From positions 1 to 17,171 of the forward strand of contig LVZN01000027.1 of the NCBI GenBank assembly GCA_001695645.1: 17,171 nucleotides of DNA, in the 5' to 3' direction. A program made the translations under genes and the position numbers. This DNA comes from Erysipelotrichaceae bacterium MTC7. GTDB lineage: Bacteria; Bacillota_I; Bacilli_A; Erysipelotrichales; Erysipelotrichaceae. Shown piece by piece: positions 1-7,994 of this stretch (the first letter of the stretch is position 1; every line of letters starts with the position of its first letter). The notes beneath the pieces are model-generated. The model made no database searches. It was not told the origin of the DNA and saw nothing but the letters and a program-made list of their open reading frames with translations.

Positions 1-76
1 ACTGTCCAAGATGTGATAAACCAACACTTTATCCTAAAGATAAAAAGTAAAATACAACAGTTGAATTTATAAAATG

Positions 77-112
77 AAATAGGCTTTTTTAACTCGCCTA
101 TTTTTATTATTT
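77..112. terminator. Putative bidirectional rho-independent terminator between convergent transcription units
   Basis: Perfect 8-bp stem aaataggc (77-84) / gcctattt (96-103) with an 11-nt loop. A T-rich tail follows at 104-112 on the + strand, and cattttat follows on the - strand. It lies between the stop of the - strand CDS (141) and + strand frames that are open from the window edge. Confidence 0.45.
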
Positions 113-140
113 CGTGTTTTGCATGCCGAAGAGAACTTTC

Positions 141-869
141 CTAAAGAATTAGAAAAACACCATCATAATCCGCTATGGTAGAAGCAAATGTCATTAAATT
201 ATTTGTGCTAGGCATGTACTGTATGTTAGGAACTATACCAATTATTTCATCTAAAATCTTGTTTAATTGTTTTCGCTCTGCTTTTGGCAAAACGACTATA
301 ACATGGTCAATTTGATTTTGAACAAGTATTTCCACCATTTGATCATATGAATAAACAGGTTCTTCTATTAACGGATAAACTCCATCATTTAAATTTTCTA
401 ATTCTGCGACACCATCAATACTAAAATAACAATTAGTTTTTATCATAGCAAATCTATTGTTTTTTGAAATTTGACCAATTCTATATGCATCATAATTTGT
501 CCCAATAATTGCAGTTTTGTAAGATATTCTGTTTCTAAACATAATTCTAGTTGTTCTGTTTACAAGAATTGAAATAAAAAACATAATCATCCCAAGAAAA
601 ACTACACTTGAAATTCTATTAATATTCTTATTAGGTATGAAAACTATTGCCACAAACACAAATGCAAGTATAGACTGTATTTGTCTTCTAAACTCAATCC
701 AAATCAATTCTGATTTCGGATTGTAATGTCCAAAAACAAAATTAAACAACACATAGATAATCAGCAATTGATATTCAAATCCAGCGTTCAGTCTTAATGT
801 GTTTGAAGTAATCATAAAAACACTTATCTCAATAAATACTTGTATTATTGGCACAATGATGCGTTTCAT
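141..869 (-). CDS. N-terminal module (4 TM helices plus a CoA_binding_3-like Rossmann region) of a WbaP/CpsE-type polyprenyl-phosphate glycosylphosphotransferase; the catalytic sugar-transferase domain is absent
   Basis: Start chosen at ATG 869 (MKRIIVP...), with GGAGG 9-10 nt upstream; the track's TTG 890 start has no SD. Four hydrophobic helices are followed by YKTAIIGTNYDAYRIGQ...IDHVIVVLPKAERKQLNKILDEI..VPNIQYMPS, which matches the pattern upstream of the PF02397 domain in large PGTs. The ORF ends (TAG 141-143) where the catalytic domain would begin. Confidence 0.6.
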   Translation of the reverse strand: MKRIIVPIIQVFIEISVFMITSNTLRLNAGFEYQLLIIYVLFNFVFGHYNPKSELIWIEFRRQIQSILAFVFVAIVFIPNKNINRISSVVFLGMIMFFISILVNRTTRIMFRNRISYKTAIIGTNYDAYRIGQISKNNRFAMIKTNCYFSIDGVAELENLNDGVYPLIEEPVYSYDQMVEILVQNQIDHVIVVLPKAERKQLNKILDEIIGIVPNIQYMPSTNNLMTFASTIADYDGVFLIL

Positions 870-902
870 TTCAATATTCCTCCACTTCAAAATGATAATT
901 AA

Positions 903-2363
903 CTATAATTCATTAACTTGCACTTTCTCCCCTGAAAGTACTTTCATAATATATGTCTTTGCTTGTTCCACGGATGTGGTATCTGGTATCATAACATACG
1001 AATTAAATCCATTCGCTGGACTCCAGTTCGTTTCACCTTTACCACTAAGACTAAATTGTGAAATTTCCCATTTTGACATTGTATCGATTTGCATATGCAC
1101 CAACGAAGATATTTCGTCAGTAGTCATATTTAGCTGGATTGCGTCACCTACTGAACTCATCAATCCCATGTAATTTGTTAATACCGCTGGTGATGTAATT
1201 TTATCAACAATTGCAGAGATAAGTCTTGCTTGATTCTTTACGCGATCATTATCTCCTCCAGATAATCCATAGCGCTCACGAACAAATCCTAAGGCTGTAG
1301 AGCCATCCATATGTTGAAGACCTTGTTGTATATTATATCCTCCATGCAATGTTGTAAACGCGACTGGCGAATTAATCTCCACTCCACCTAAAGCATCAAC
1401 TATTTCAACTACACTTGAAAAATTTATTCTTCCATAATAGTTGATATCTAAATCGAAAAATTGCTCCAAAGAGCTTACGCTGCAGTCCACCCCGAATATA
1501 CCAGTATGTGTCAACTTGTCTTTTGCATTACCTTGACATGTTTGTGGAACATAATAATCCCTTGGGATACTCACAATTAATATTTGATGTGTGTTTGGAT
1601 TTACCGCTAATAGCATATTTACATCTGTACGTGACACTGTTTGCAGCGAACCATAGGTATCAATACCTGAGACATACATCACAAATGGATCATTTGTTAC
1701 ATCGACTGGTTTCGCGATGTTTGTCGATTCTTCTGTATACGTATATGTTTTTATCACTCGTGTCTCATCGTCAAATTCTGGATGTTTTTCATCAAATAAA
1801 CCACGACTTGCTTCATTTAAGATAATGGCATCCACTTCATTGTTGTATAGCGCATCCGCAAACGCACCAATATTATCATATTCTGTAACTTCCATATCAC
1901 TATTATATGTCGACATCAGTGTTTCTTGTGTTTTGTCGACATTCTTATCTGGTAAGTTGGTTGCTTTTCCAAACGTTTTACCCAATAAATCATCGATTTT
2001 TTTGTAACTCGAATCTTTCAAGACAACGATCGAAACGCCAACTTTCTTATCTTCATTAGTCGACATATTACCTAATGCACTGTAAGTCGTATATAAATAG
2101 AAATTTCCAACAATCATACTAATCGAAAGTACAACCGTTAGAAACACACCAAGTGCACGATTGATTTTATTGACTCTTCGACTAAAGAGTAAAAAGTAGA
2201 ATGCAAGTCCTAACAACAGTAATAGAATTGTAATTCCTGCAATGTATTTCAAAGGTAATAACTTTGAAATGAATGTTTGTGCAACAAATATCACTGCTGC
2301 AACCACATAGATTACAAGCAAATAAAACTTATAATCCTTATATAATTTGTTGGTTTTTTTCAT
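903..2363 (-). CDS. LytR-CpsA-Psr (LCP) family cell-wall glycopolymer ligase, Cps2A-like (3 TM + accessory domain + LCP domain)
   Basis: 486 aa. Three N-terminal TM helices are followed by an accessory domain of about 120 aa, then LCP core motifs (VNMLLAVNPNTHQILIVSIPRDYYV, GINYYGRINFSSVVEIVDALGGVE, FVRERYGLSGGDNDRVKNQ). RBS GAGGGG lies upstream of ATG 2363. Confidence 0.9.
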   Translation of the reverse strand: MKKTNKLYKDYKFYLLVIYVVAAVIFVAQTFISKLLPLKYIAGITILLLLLGLAFYFLLFSRRVNKINRALGVFLTVVLSISMIVGNFYLYTTYSALGNMSTNEDKKVGVSIVVLKDSSYKKIDDLLGKTFGKATNLPDKNVDKTQETLMSTYNSDMEVTEYDNIGAFADALYNNEVDAIILNEASRGLFDEKHPEFDDETRVIKTYTYTEESTNIAKPVDVTNDPFVMYVSGIDTYGSLQTVSRTDVNMLLAVNPNTHQILIVSIPRDYYVPQTCQGNAKDKLTHTGIFGVDCSVSSLEQFFDLDINYYGRINFSSVVEIVDALGGVEINSPVAFTTLHGGYNIQQGLQHMDGSTALGFVRERYGLSGGDNDRVKNQARLISAIVDKITSPAVLTNYMGLMSSVGDAIQLNMTTDEISSLVHMQIDTMSKWEISQFSLSGKGETNWSPANGFNSYVMIPDTTSVEQAKTYIMKVLSGEKVQVNEL

Positions 2364-2385
2364 TTTTTTCCCCTCAATGTTTCAA

Positions 2386-2394
2386 ATTATACCA
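2386..2394 (-). promoter_or_regulatory. Extended -10 box (TGGTATAAT) for the LCP operon
   Basis: The minus strand reads GTTTTGTGGTATAATTTGAAACATTGAGGGGAAAAAAATG. This gives a TGnTATAAT element about 22 nt upstream of ATG 2363, with an SD in between. A possible -35 TTGAAT lies upstream, but the spacing is short (15 nt). Confidence 0.45.
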
Positions 2395-2466
2395 CAAAAC
2401 ACATAAATTCAATAAAAGATATACAAATTATCCTATAATACCAAAATTTTACATAATTCGCTTTTG

Positions 2467-3702
2467 TTAGATTACAAAATCACCATTTGCGAACACTTGA
2501 ACTGTTTCTCCAGTTTGTGTAGTTCCAACAATCTCCATATCTTTGCTTCCAAACATGAAATCCACATGTGTCATGGAGTTGTTTGAACCAATATTATCCA
2601 ACTCTTCTTGCGACATGGTTGTTCCATTTTTCACATTCATTGGATATGCTCTACCTAACGCAATATGACATGATGCATTTTCATCATACAAGGTGTTATA
2701 AAACAAGATGTTACTCATTGAGATAGGTGAATGGTAAGGCACCAAGGCAATTTCCCCTGTGTAACAACTACCTTCATCAAACTCGATTAAGGATTGTAAG
2801 ACATCTTGGTTATCTTCTGCTTTATACGTAACAACTTTTCCATCTTTGAATGTCAATTCAAATTTACTAATCAAACTTCCATTGTAACTTAACGGTTTGG
2901 TGCTAACTACTTTTCCATTAAGTCCGTATTTATATGGCATGGTAAATACTTCCTCCGTTGGCATATTCGCATTGAACATAACACCTTCAGGAGTTGCTTC
3001 ATCTCCACCAGCCCAAATATGATCGTTCACCAATTCAACAACAAGATCCGTTCCTTCACCGTTTGTAAAGTGTAAGGATTTGAAGTTGTAATTATTTAAG
3101 ATATTTACATACTTTCGTAGTGCTTCATCGTGTTCTTGCCAAAATGCAACTGGGTCATTATCTTCCAAGACTTGAACACTGTTGCAAATTGCATCACCAA
3201 GTTTTTTTATAGCTACTTCATCCGTATCGTTTGGAAATACTTTCCTTGCCCAATCTCGATTTGGATAACCGACAATACTCCATTGCACTTTACTTGCCAT
3301 CGTGATCTCACTAGACTCTCTAAATGCTTTTTGTCGTGCAATTCCAACTTCTTGCAGTTTGTTTGAATCAATACCCGCCATGACTTCCGGGATTTCACTA
3401 ATAATATGTAATACACATGCTCCATTACGAAGTGGTGCAACCTTTTGCTCAACCAAGTATTCAGGAATACTTGTTAGTGTATCGACACCTTGGTATTCGT
3501 AGTGCATACGATTGATTTTCTCATCGTAGAAGTTAACAATCACTTCCTTAGCTCCTGCGATATAACCTTCTTTTACACAGGCTTCAACCATATCACGTGT
3601 ATTTACAGGTGCATTGATCACCATTGTTTGACTGGGCTGTACATTGACACCTGAGCGTACCGCTAATTTTGCATATTTTTCGATAATTGTTTTACTTAAC
3701 AT
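2467..3702 (-). CDS. Aminopeptidase, M29 family (AmpS/PepS-type thermophilic metalloprotease)
   Basis: Start at ATG 3702 (MLSKTIIEKYAKLAV...), with AAAGAGG 7-8 nt upstream. This gives 411 aa, the typical M29 length. Family-typical N-terminus (..YAKLAVRSGVNVQPSQTMVINAPV..) and C-terminal motifs (EIALVP, CHIALGRAYP, SMTHVDFMFG). The track's longer version begins at an unsupported TTG. Confidence 0.9.
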   Translation of the reverse strand: MLSKTIIEKYAKLAVRSGVNVQPSQTMVINAPVNTRDMVEACVKEGYIAGAKEVIVNFYDEKINRMHYEYQGVDTLTSIPEYLVEQKVAPLRNGACVLHIISEIPEVMAGIDSNKLQEVGIARQKAFRESSEITMASKVQWSIVGYPNRDWARKVFPNDTDEVAIKKLGDAICNSVQVLEDNDPVAFWQEHDEALRKYVNILNNYNFKSLHFTNGEGTDLVVELVNDHIWAGGDEATPEGVMFNANMPTEEVFTMPYKYGLNGKVVSTKPLSYNGSLISKFELTFKDGKVVTYKAEDNQDVLQSLIEFDEGSCYTGEIALVPYHSPISMSNILFYNTLYDENASCHIALGRAYPMNVKNGTTMSQEELDNIGSNNSMTHVDFMFGSKDMEIVGTTQTGETVQVFANGDFVI

Positions 3703-3726
3703 AAATAACCTCTTTTCAATATATTC

Positions 3727-3755
3727 ATTATAAGATAAATGTGGTATAGACACAA
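3727..3755 (-). promoter_or_regulatory. Candidate sigma-A promoter of the aminopeptidase gene (-35 TTGTGT, 17-nt spacer, -10 TATAAT)
   Basis: The minus strand reads CATTGTGTCTATACCACATTTATCTTATAATGAATATATTGAAAAGAGGTTATTTATG. The -10 is at 3727-3732 and the -35 at 3750-3755. Confidence 0.4.
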
Positions 3756-3774
3756 TGAAAGGATGCATTGTGTC
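3749..3774. repeat. Perfect 9-bp inverted repeat with an 8-nt spacer (gacacaatg-N8-cattgtgtc)
   Basis: Read directly from the sequence: 3749-3757 is the reverse complement of 3766-3774. It overlaps the candidate -35 of the aminopeptidase promoter and lies 50 nt downstream of the DUF1294 gene stop. Confidence 0.6.
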
Positions 3775-3824
3775 ACTATTTATGTACAAACATGCCTTTT
3801 CAGTAATTCACTGTCATTCAAGTA

Positions 3825-4400
3825 CTAAGAAAGATTCATGACAAACAAGAATAATACTATTTGCGTAACTAAAATTAATGGAACGCCAAGTGTAAAGTAT
3901 TCTTTTTGCGTTTTATGTCTTAGACTATACATCGCAAAAAGCCCACCGATGGATCCACCAATAAAAGTAAGTCCTAAAAGCGTCATAATGGGGATTCTTT
4001 TACGATGTTTCATTGCGGCATATTTATCCCTAGCAAATGCAATATAGGTCACACCATTGATGCCAATGACATAATACAATAACCATTTGTGTTGACTAAA
4101 GTAATTCCAAAAGGCAAAATCTAACGGTTTCGTATTTGTTCGCGCGAACAGTAGATACACTGTGACTTGAATTACTACAACACAGAAGATGAAAACGTGT
4201 AACATCATATTGTTTTTCTTAGCATGACGATCAAACAAAAGTAGCGCAAACAAAGCACCAAAAGAACCTCCAAGTAGGACAATGATAGTCATAATAATAT
4301 CAACTGCTTTATTTTCTTTTTGACTAAACAGGAAAGTTCGCAATCCATACACGATGCAACCAACGATATTACTTATAATGATGTACCATATAAATGTCAT
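3825..4400 (-). CDS. Integral membrane protein with two tandem DUF1294-like repeats
   Basis: Start at ATG 4400 (MTFIWYII...), with GGAGGG 6 nt upstream. The C-terminal half has the DUF1294 signature (ARDKYAAMKHRKRIPIMTLLGLTFIGGSIGGLFAMYSLRHKTQK). The N-terminal half has a degenerate copy (..LLGGSFGALFALLLFDRHAKK). Confidence 0.75.
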   Translation of the reverse strand: MTFIWYIIISNIVGCIVYGLRTFLFSQKENKAVDIIMTIIVLLGGSFGALFALLLFDRHAKKNNMMLHVFIFCVVVIQVTVYLLFARTNTKPLDFAFWNYFSQHKWLLYYVIGINGVTYIAFARDKYAAMKHRKRIPIMTLLGLTFIGGSIGGLFAMYSLRHKTQKEYFTLGVPLILVTQIVLFLFVMNLS

Positions 4401-4430
4401 GTTTATCCCTCCAATCAAACGACTAAACCA

Positions 4431-4460
4431 AAAGAAAACGTACCCGTTTTACGGCGTACG
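4431..4460 (-). terminator. Rho-independent terminator downstream of typA
   Basis: Minus-strand RNA CGUACGCCGUAAAACGGGUACG forms 5+3 bp with a 1-nt bulge and a 5-nt loop. It is followed by UUUUCUUUU and begins 14 nt after the typA stop. Confidence 0.7.
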
Positions 4461-4473
4461 CTTGTCATTGTTG

Positions 4474-6303
4474 TTATTGTCCTGCTTTTGCTTCACGCAT
4501 TAAGTTTTTACGATCCACTAACGTAAGTCCTTTTTTACGTAAACGAATATCATCTGGTGTGATTTCAACCAATTCATCATCGTTGATGAATTCTAGCGCT
4601 TCCTCTAGTGACATTTGTTTGTGCGGCGTAAGTTTCATTGCGTCATCATTTCCACTTGAACGGATGGCAGTTAACTTTTTGTTTTTAATTGGGTTAACGT
4701 CCATATCTAAGTTTCTTGCACTTTGACCAATGATCATACCTTCGTATACCGGTGTTTGTGGACCAATAAACAATTGTCCACGTTCCTGAATATTCCATAA
4801 TGCATATGTCATCGATTTACCAGTCGCACTTGAAACTAAGGCACCATTTGCACGTTGTTGAATATCACCTTTGAATGGTTCAAATCCTTCAATACGACGA
4901 ACAAGTGTCCCTTCACCATGTGTATCATTAATGAATTCACTACGGTATCCAAGTAATCCTCGTGTTGGCACACTGAATACAACTTTTGCGAAATCATTTT
5001 CTTCATTTAAATCAACCATAACTCCTTTACGCAAGTTAAGTTTGTTGATAACTGTTCCACTGTATTCACTTGGAACTAAGGCAATCACTTCTTCCACGGG
5101 TTCTACAAGTACACCTTCTTCATTACGGTGCATAATAACCTCTGGTTTACTAACAGCTACTTCATAACCTTCACGACGCATGTTTTCAAGTAAGATCGAG
5201 ATGTGAAGTTCTCCACGCCCACTTACTTTAAACATATCCGCAGAATCGGTAGCTTCTACTTTAAGTCCTACGTTTACTTCAAGTTCTTTATCTAAACGTT
5301 CCTTCAAGTTTCTTGAAGTTACATAACGACCACTTTGTCCAGCAAATGGACTTTTGTTTACGATAAAGTTCATGGATAATGTTGGCTCTTCTACGTGAAT
5401 CATTTCCATTGGTAGTAAATGATCCATATCTTGACATAATGTTTCTCCAATGGAGATATCAGGGATACCTGCAATTACGACCATTTCTCCACTGCATGCT
5501 TCATCAACTTTGTTTTTTGATAATCCTTGATAGATTTGCACCTGGCTTACTTGTGCTTTTCTCGTATTACCTAAACTATCACAAACAACGACTTGTTGTG
5601 CTGCTTTTAACGTTCCTTGGTACACACGTCCAATCGCTAAACGGCCTACATAGTCATCGTAAGCTAGAGCACTTACTTGCATTTGTAAAGGTTCTTCATC
5701 TAGGTTTGGATATACATCACAGTGCTGTACGATTGTTTCAAACAATGGTTCAATGTTTTCACTTGGTGTTTGCATATCGTATTGCACAATACCTTCTCTA
5801 GCAATTCCGTATAAAATTGGGAAATCCAATTGTTCATCATTTGCATTTAATTCAAGGAATAATTCGTAGACCATGTCCACAACTTCTTCTGCTCTTTGGT
5901 CACGTTTGTCGATTTTATTAATTAAAAGGATTGGCTTTAATCCAATTTCTAACGACTTTTGTAATACAAATCGTGTTTGTGGCATCGGCCCTTCACTTGA
6001 GTCAACAAGTAAGATAACTGTATCCACTGTATGAATGATACGTTCTACCTCACTAGAAAAATCAGCATGGCCTGGAGTATCCACGATGTTAATTTTAATA
6101 TCTTTATACATGATCGAACAGTTTTTAGAATAGATCGTGATTCCACGTTCTCTTTCTAAATCGTTTGAATCCATAACGCAATCCACAACTTCTTCATTTT
6201 GTCTAAATTGTCCACTTTGTCTCAAAAATGCATCAACAAGTGTACTTTTACCGGCATCAACGTGTGCGATAACGGCTAAATTGATAATTTTTTTATGTTC
6301 CAT
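4474..6303 (-). CDS. typA: Translational GTPase TypA/BipA
   Basis: 609 aa. G1 AHVDAGKST, G3 DTPGHADF and G4 NKID motifs are present, and the EF-G-like domain order and C-terminal BipA-type domain are collinear throughout. RBS GAGGA lies upstream of ATG 6303. Confidence 0.97.
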   Translation of the reverse strand: MEHKKIINLAVIAHVDAGKSTLVDAFLRQSGQFRQNEEVVDCVMDSNDLERERGITIYSKNCSIMYKDIKINIVDTPGHADFSSEVERIIHTVDTVILLVDSSEGPMPQTRFVLQKSLEIGLKPILLINKIDKRDQRAEEVVDMVYELFLELNANDEQLDFPILYGIAREGIVQYDMQTPSENIEPLFETIVQHCDVYPNLDEEPLQMQVSALAYDDYVGRLAIGRVYQGTLKAAQQVVVCDSLGNTRKAQVSQVQIYQGLSKNKVDEACSGEMVVIAGIPDISIGETLCQDMDHLLPMEMIHVEEPTLSMNFIVNKSPFAGQSGRYVTSRNLKERLDKELEVNVGLKVEATDSADMFKVSGRGELHISILLENMRREGYEVAVSKPEVIMHRNEEGVLVEPVEEVIALVPSEYSGTVINKLNLRKGVMVDLNEENDFAKVVFSVPTRGLLGYRSEFINDTHGEGTLVRRIEGFEPFKGDIQQRANGALVSSATGKSMTYALWNIQERGQLFIGPQTPVYEGMIIGQSARNLDMDVNPIKNKKLTAIRSSGNDDAMKLTPHKQMSLEEALEFINDDELVEITPDDIRLRKKGLTLVDRKNLMREAKAGQ

Positions 6304-6392
6304 AGGCTATATTCCTCGCTAACTAACTTACTATACAACTTTTATACTATTAACACTAGTATTTTTTTTGATTTCACAGTATTATTTGAGTT

Positions 6393-7247
6393 ATGAGATA
6401 TAAATACAAAAGTGAGAGTAGAAAATATAAAAAGTTAAAACCACGTGTTGGACGAATCGCAATCCTTGTTTCCTTGGCTATTGTTGTTCTTGCAATAAGC
6501 GTAATTGGAGTCAAGAGTTTGGTTAGCATCTTCAATCCACCAGAACCTAAACCCATGGCTTTATTCAAGCACGAAACGACGTTATTAAACGAACAAACAA
6601 AAACCGCAAAAGATATTATAAATAGGGACTTCCCTATTGGAAAAGACAAGACGGGGCACAGTGCACTATCCGACAACATTAAAATCGCATGTTTAACCTT
6701 CGATGATGGTCCTGGTTATGAAAGTACGGACTATTTACTTAAGGTCTTAAGTAAATACGATGTGAAAGCAACCTTCTTTGTCTTGGGTAGTCGCGTTGAA
6801 CAAAATCCAAAAATGCTGAAACGATTGGTGAAAGCGGGACACGAAATTGCTAGTCACTCTTGGGACCACCCCGATTTAACAACACTAACGCCTGAGCAAG
6901 TCAAACAACAACTGGACATGACGGATGCTGCAATTATCAAAGCTGGCGGTAAAAAAACAAAATTGTTGCGTCCTCCCTATGGAAAATACAGTGCCCAAAT
7001 CGAAGAGTCCACAAATAAAGGAATCTTTCTTTGGAACATCGACAGCAACGATTGGAGGCATAAGGATGATCCAAACGCTTCAGCAAATGTTGTCCTGAGT
7101 TCAATTCTTCCGCATGCTGCCATTCTTTATCACGATATCTATGAGAGTAGCGTGAAATCTGCAGAGATCATTATCCCAAAACTCAAAGAGATGGGATATA
7201 CATTTGTCACAGCAAGCGAGTTCGCCGATATGACAGGAGCGTACTAA
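6393..7247 (+). CDS. Membrane-anchored polysaccharide deacetylase (NodB homology domain, PgdA-like)
   Basis: 284 aa. A basic N-terminus is followed by one TM helix. All five NodB motifs are present: TFDDGP, HSWDH, RPPYG, NIDSNDW, ILYHD. Confidence 0.9.
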   Translation: MRYKYKSESRKYKKLKPRVGRIAILVSLAIVVLAISVIGVKSLVSIFNPPEPKPMALFKHETTLLNEQTKTAKDIINRDFPIGKDKTGHSALSDNIKIACLTFDDGPGYESTDYLLKVLSKYDVKATFFVLGSRVEQNPKMLKRLVKAGHEIASHSWDHPDLTTLTPEQVKQQLDMTDAAIIKAGGKKTKLLRPPYGKYSAQIEESTNKGIFLWNIDSNDWRHKDDPNASANVVLSSILPHAAILYHDIYESSVKSAEIIIPKLKEMGYTFVTASEFADMTGAY

Positions 7248-7248
7248 T

Positions 7249-7974
7249 ATGTTACTAGAAGGAAATATTTCGGTAAAAGCTGCACTTTTATCCCCGTATC
7301 GAAAGGTTAACAAGATATTAATCGATATAAAGAAGAGAGGTAAAGATAGTGGCTTTATTATATTTAAAGCCAAAGAACAAAACGTTCCTATTGAATATTT
7401 AAGCCGTGAAGAAATTGATAGCCTTGCTTCAGGTAAAACTCATGGTGGCTTACTAGCCGAAGTAGAAGAACGAACATACCAAGATATTACTGATGTAATA
7501 GATGATACATTTATCGCTTATGTTGAAGGGATTGAAGATCCATTTAACTTTGGTTATATCATTCGTTCTCTTTATGCAGCAGGTTGTACTTGCATCATTA
7601 CCAACGAACGTAATTGGTCAAATGCAGCAACAACTGTAACAAAAGCTAGCGCGGGAGCAAATGAATACATGAAACATATTACAACTACCGCTGTAGAAAA
7701 AACCATCAAGGATTTACAAAACCTTGGTTTTAACATCATTGCAGCAGCACGTGATGATACAGCAATCGAAATGTATGATTATGATTTCACCAACAAAGTA
7801 TGTATTTGTATCGGTGGTGAAAAACGCGGGCTTTCAAAAGATATCCTTGAACAAAGTAATCAACACGTATACATACCCTATAACACAGATTTCAAAAATG
7901 CATTAAACGCTGTCGCAGCAACAACGATACTTTCATTTGAAGTTGTAAGACAAAGAAGAGTAAGTCATCCATAA
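7249..7974 (+). CDS. SpoU/TrmH-family RNA 2'-O-ribose methyltransferase (RlmB-like)
   Basis: 241 aa. An N-terminal SpoU substrate-binding-like region (LEGNISVKAAL) is followed by SPOUT motifs (VEGIEDPFNFGYIIRSLYAAG, ICIGGEKRGLS, IPYNTDFKNALNAVAATTILSFE). The start is coupled to the upstream stop (TAATATG). Confidence 0.85.
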   Translation: MLLEGNISVKAALLSPYRKVNKILIDIKKRGKDSGFIIFKAKEQNVPIEYLSREEIDSLASGKTHGGLLAEVEERTYQDITDVIDDTFIAYVEGIEDPFNFGYIIRSLYAAGCTCIITNERNWSNAATTVTKASAGANEYMKHITTTAVEKTIKDLQNLGFNIIAAARDDTAIEMYDYDFTNKVCICIGGEKRGLSKDILEQSNQHVYIPYNTDFKNALNAVAATTILSFEVVRQRRVSHP

Positions 7975-7994
7975 TGGGTGACCTACTCTTCTTT
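7952..7994. terminator. Long bidirectional terminator hairpin built from the 3' coding ends of convergent genes
   Basis: An outer stem of 11 bp (7952-7962 / 7984-7994) and an inner stem of 7 bp (7964-7970 / 7976-7982, one G-U) enclose a 5-nt loop, ataat. The TrmH stop (7972-7974) is in the loop. The GT4 stop (7983-7985) straddles the internal mismatch (7983) and the first two bases of the outer right arm. Confidence 0.6.

Noticed and set aside
1-72. 3' end of a + strand gene entering from the left edge (frame 3: ..CPRCDKPTLYPKDKK* ending at 50; frame 1: ..TVQDVINQHFILKIKSKIQQLNL* ending at 72).
   Set aside because: Two frames are open and the fragment is too short to choose between them or to name a product. 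I only note that something probably ends here, upstream of the hairpin at 77-103.
1-140. Possibility that the missing glycosylphosphotransferase catalytic domain continues after TAG 141-143, because the same minus-strand frame stays open to the window edge.
   Set aside because: The translation (ESSLRHAKHEIIKIGELKKPISFYKFNCCILLFIFRIKCWFITSWT) lacks the KRxxD...GP(V/I)(F/L)F.Q.R.G pattern of PF02397. It also runs straight through a terminator hairpin and is codon-aligned antisense to an open + strand frame.
2467-3789. Long N-terminal extensions offered by the ORF track (aminopeptidase from 3789, PGT-N from 890, protease from 11127, DUF4438-like from 11085, permease from 15442, DUF1294 from 4418, binding protein from 13818).
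   Set aside because: These begin at TTG, GTG or ATG codons without an SD. An internal ATG with a good SD, or with promoter geometry, gives products of family-typical length. The protease and DUF4438-like extensions would also overlap each other across the promoter palindrome.
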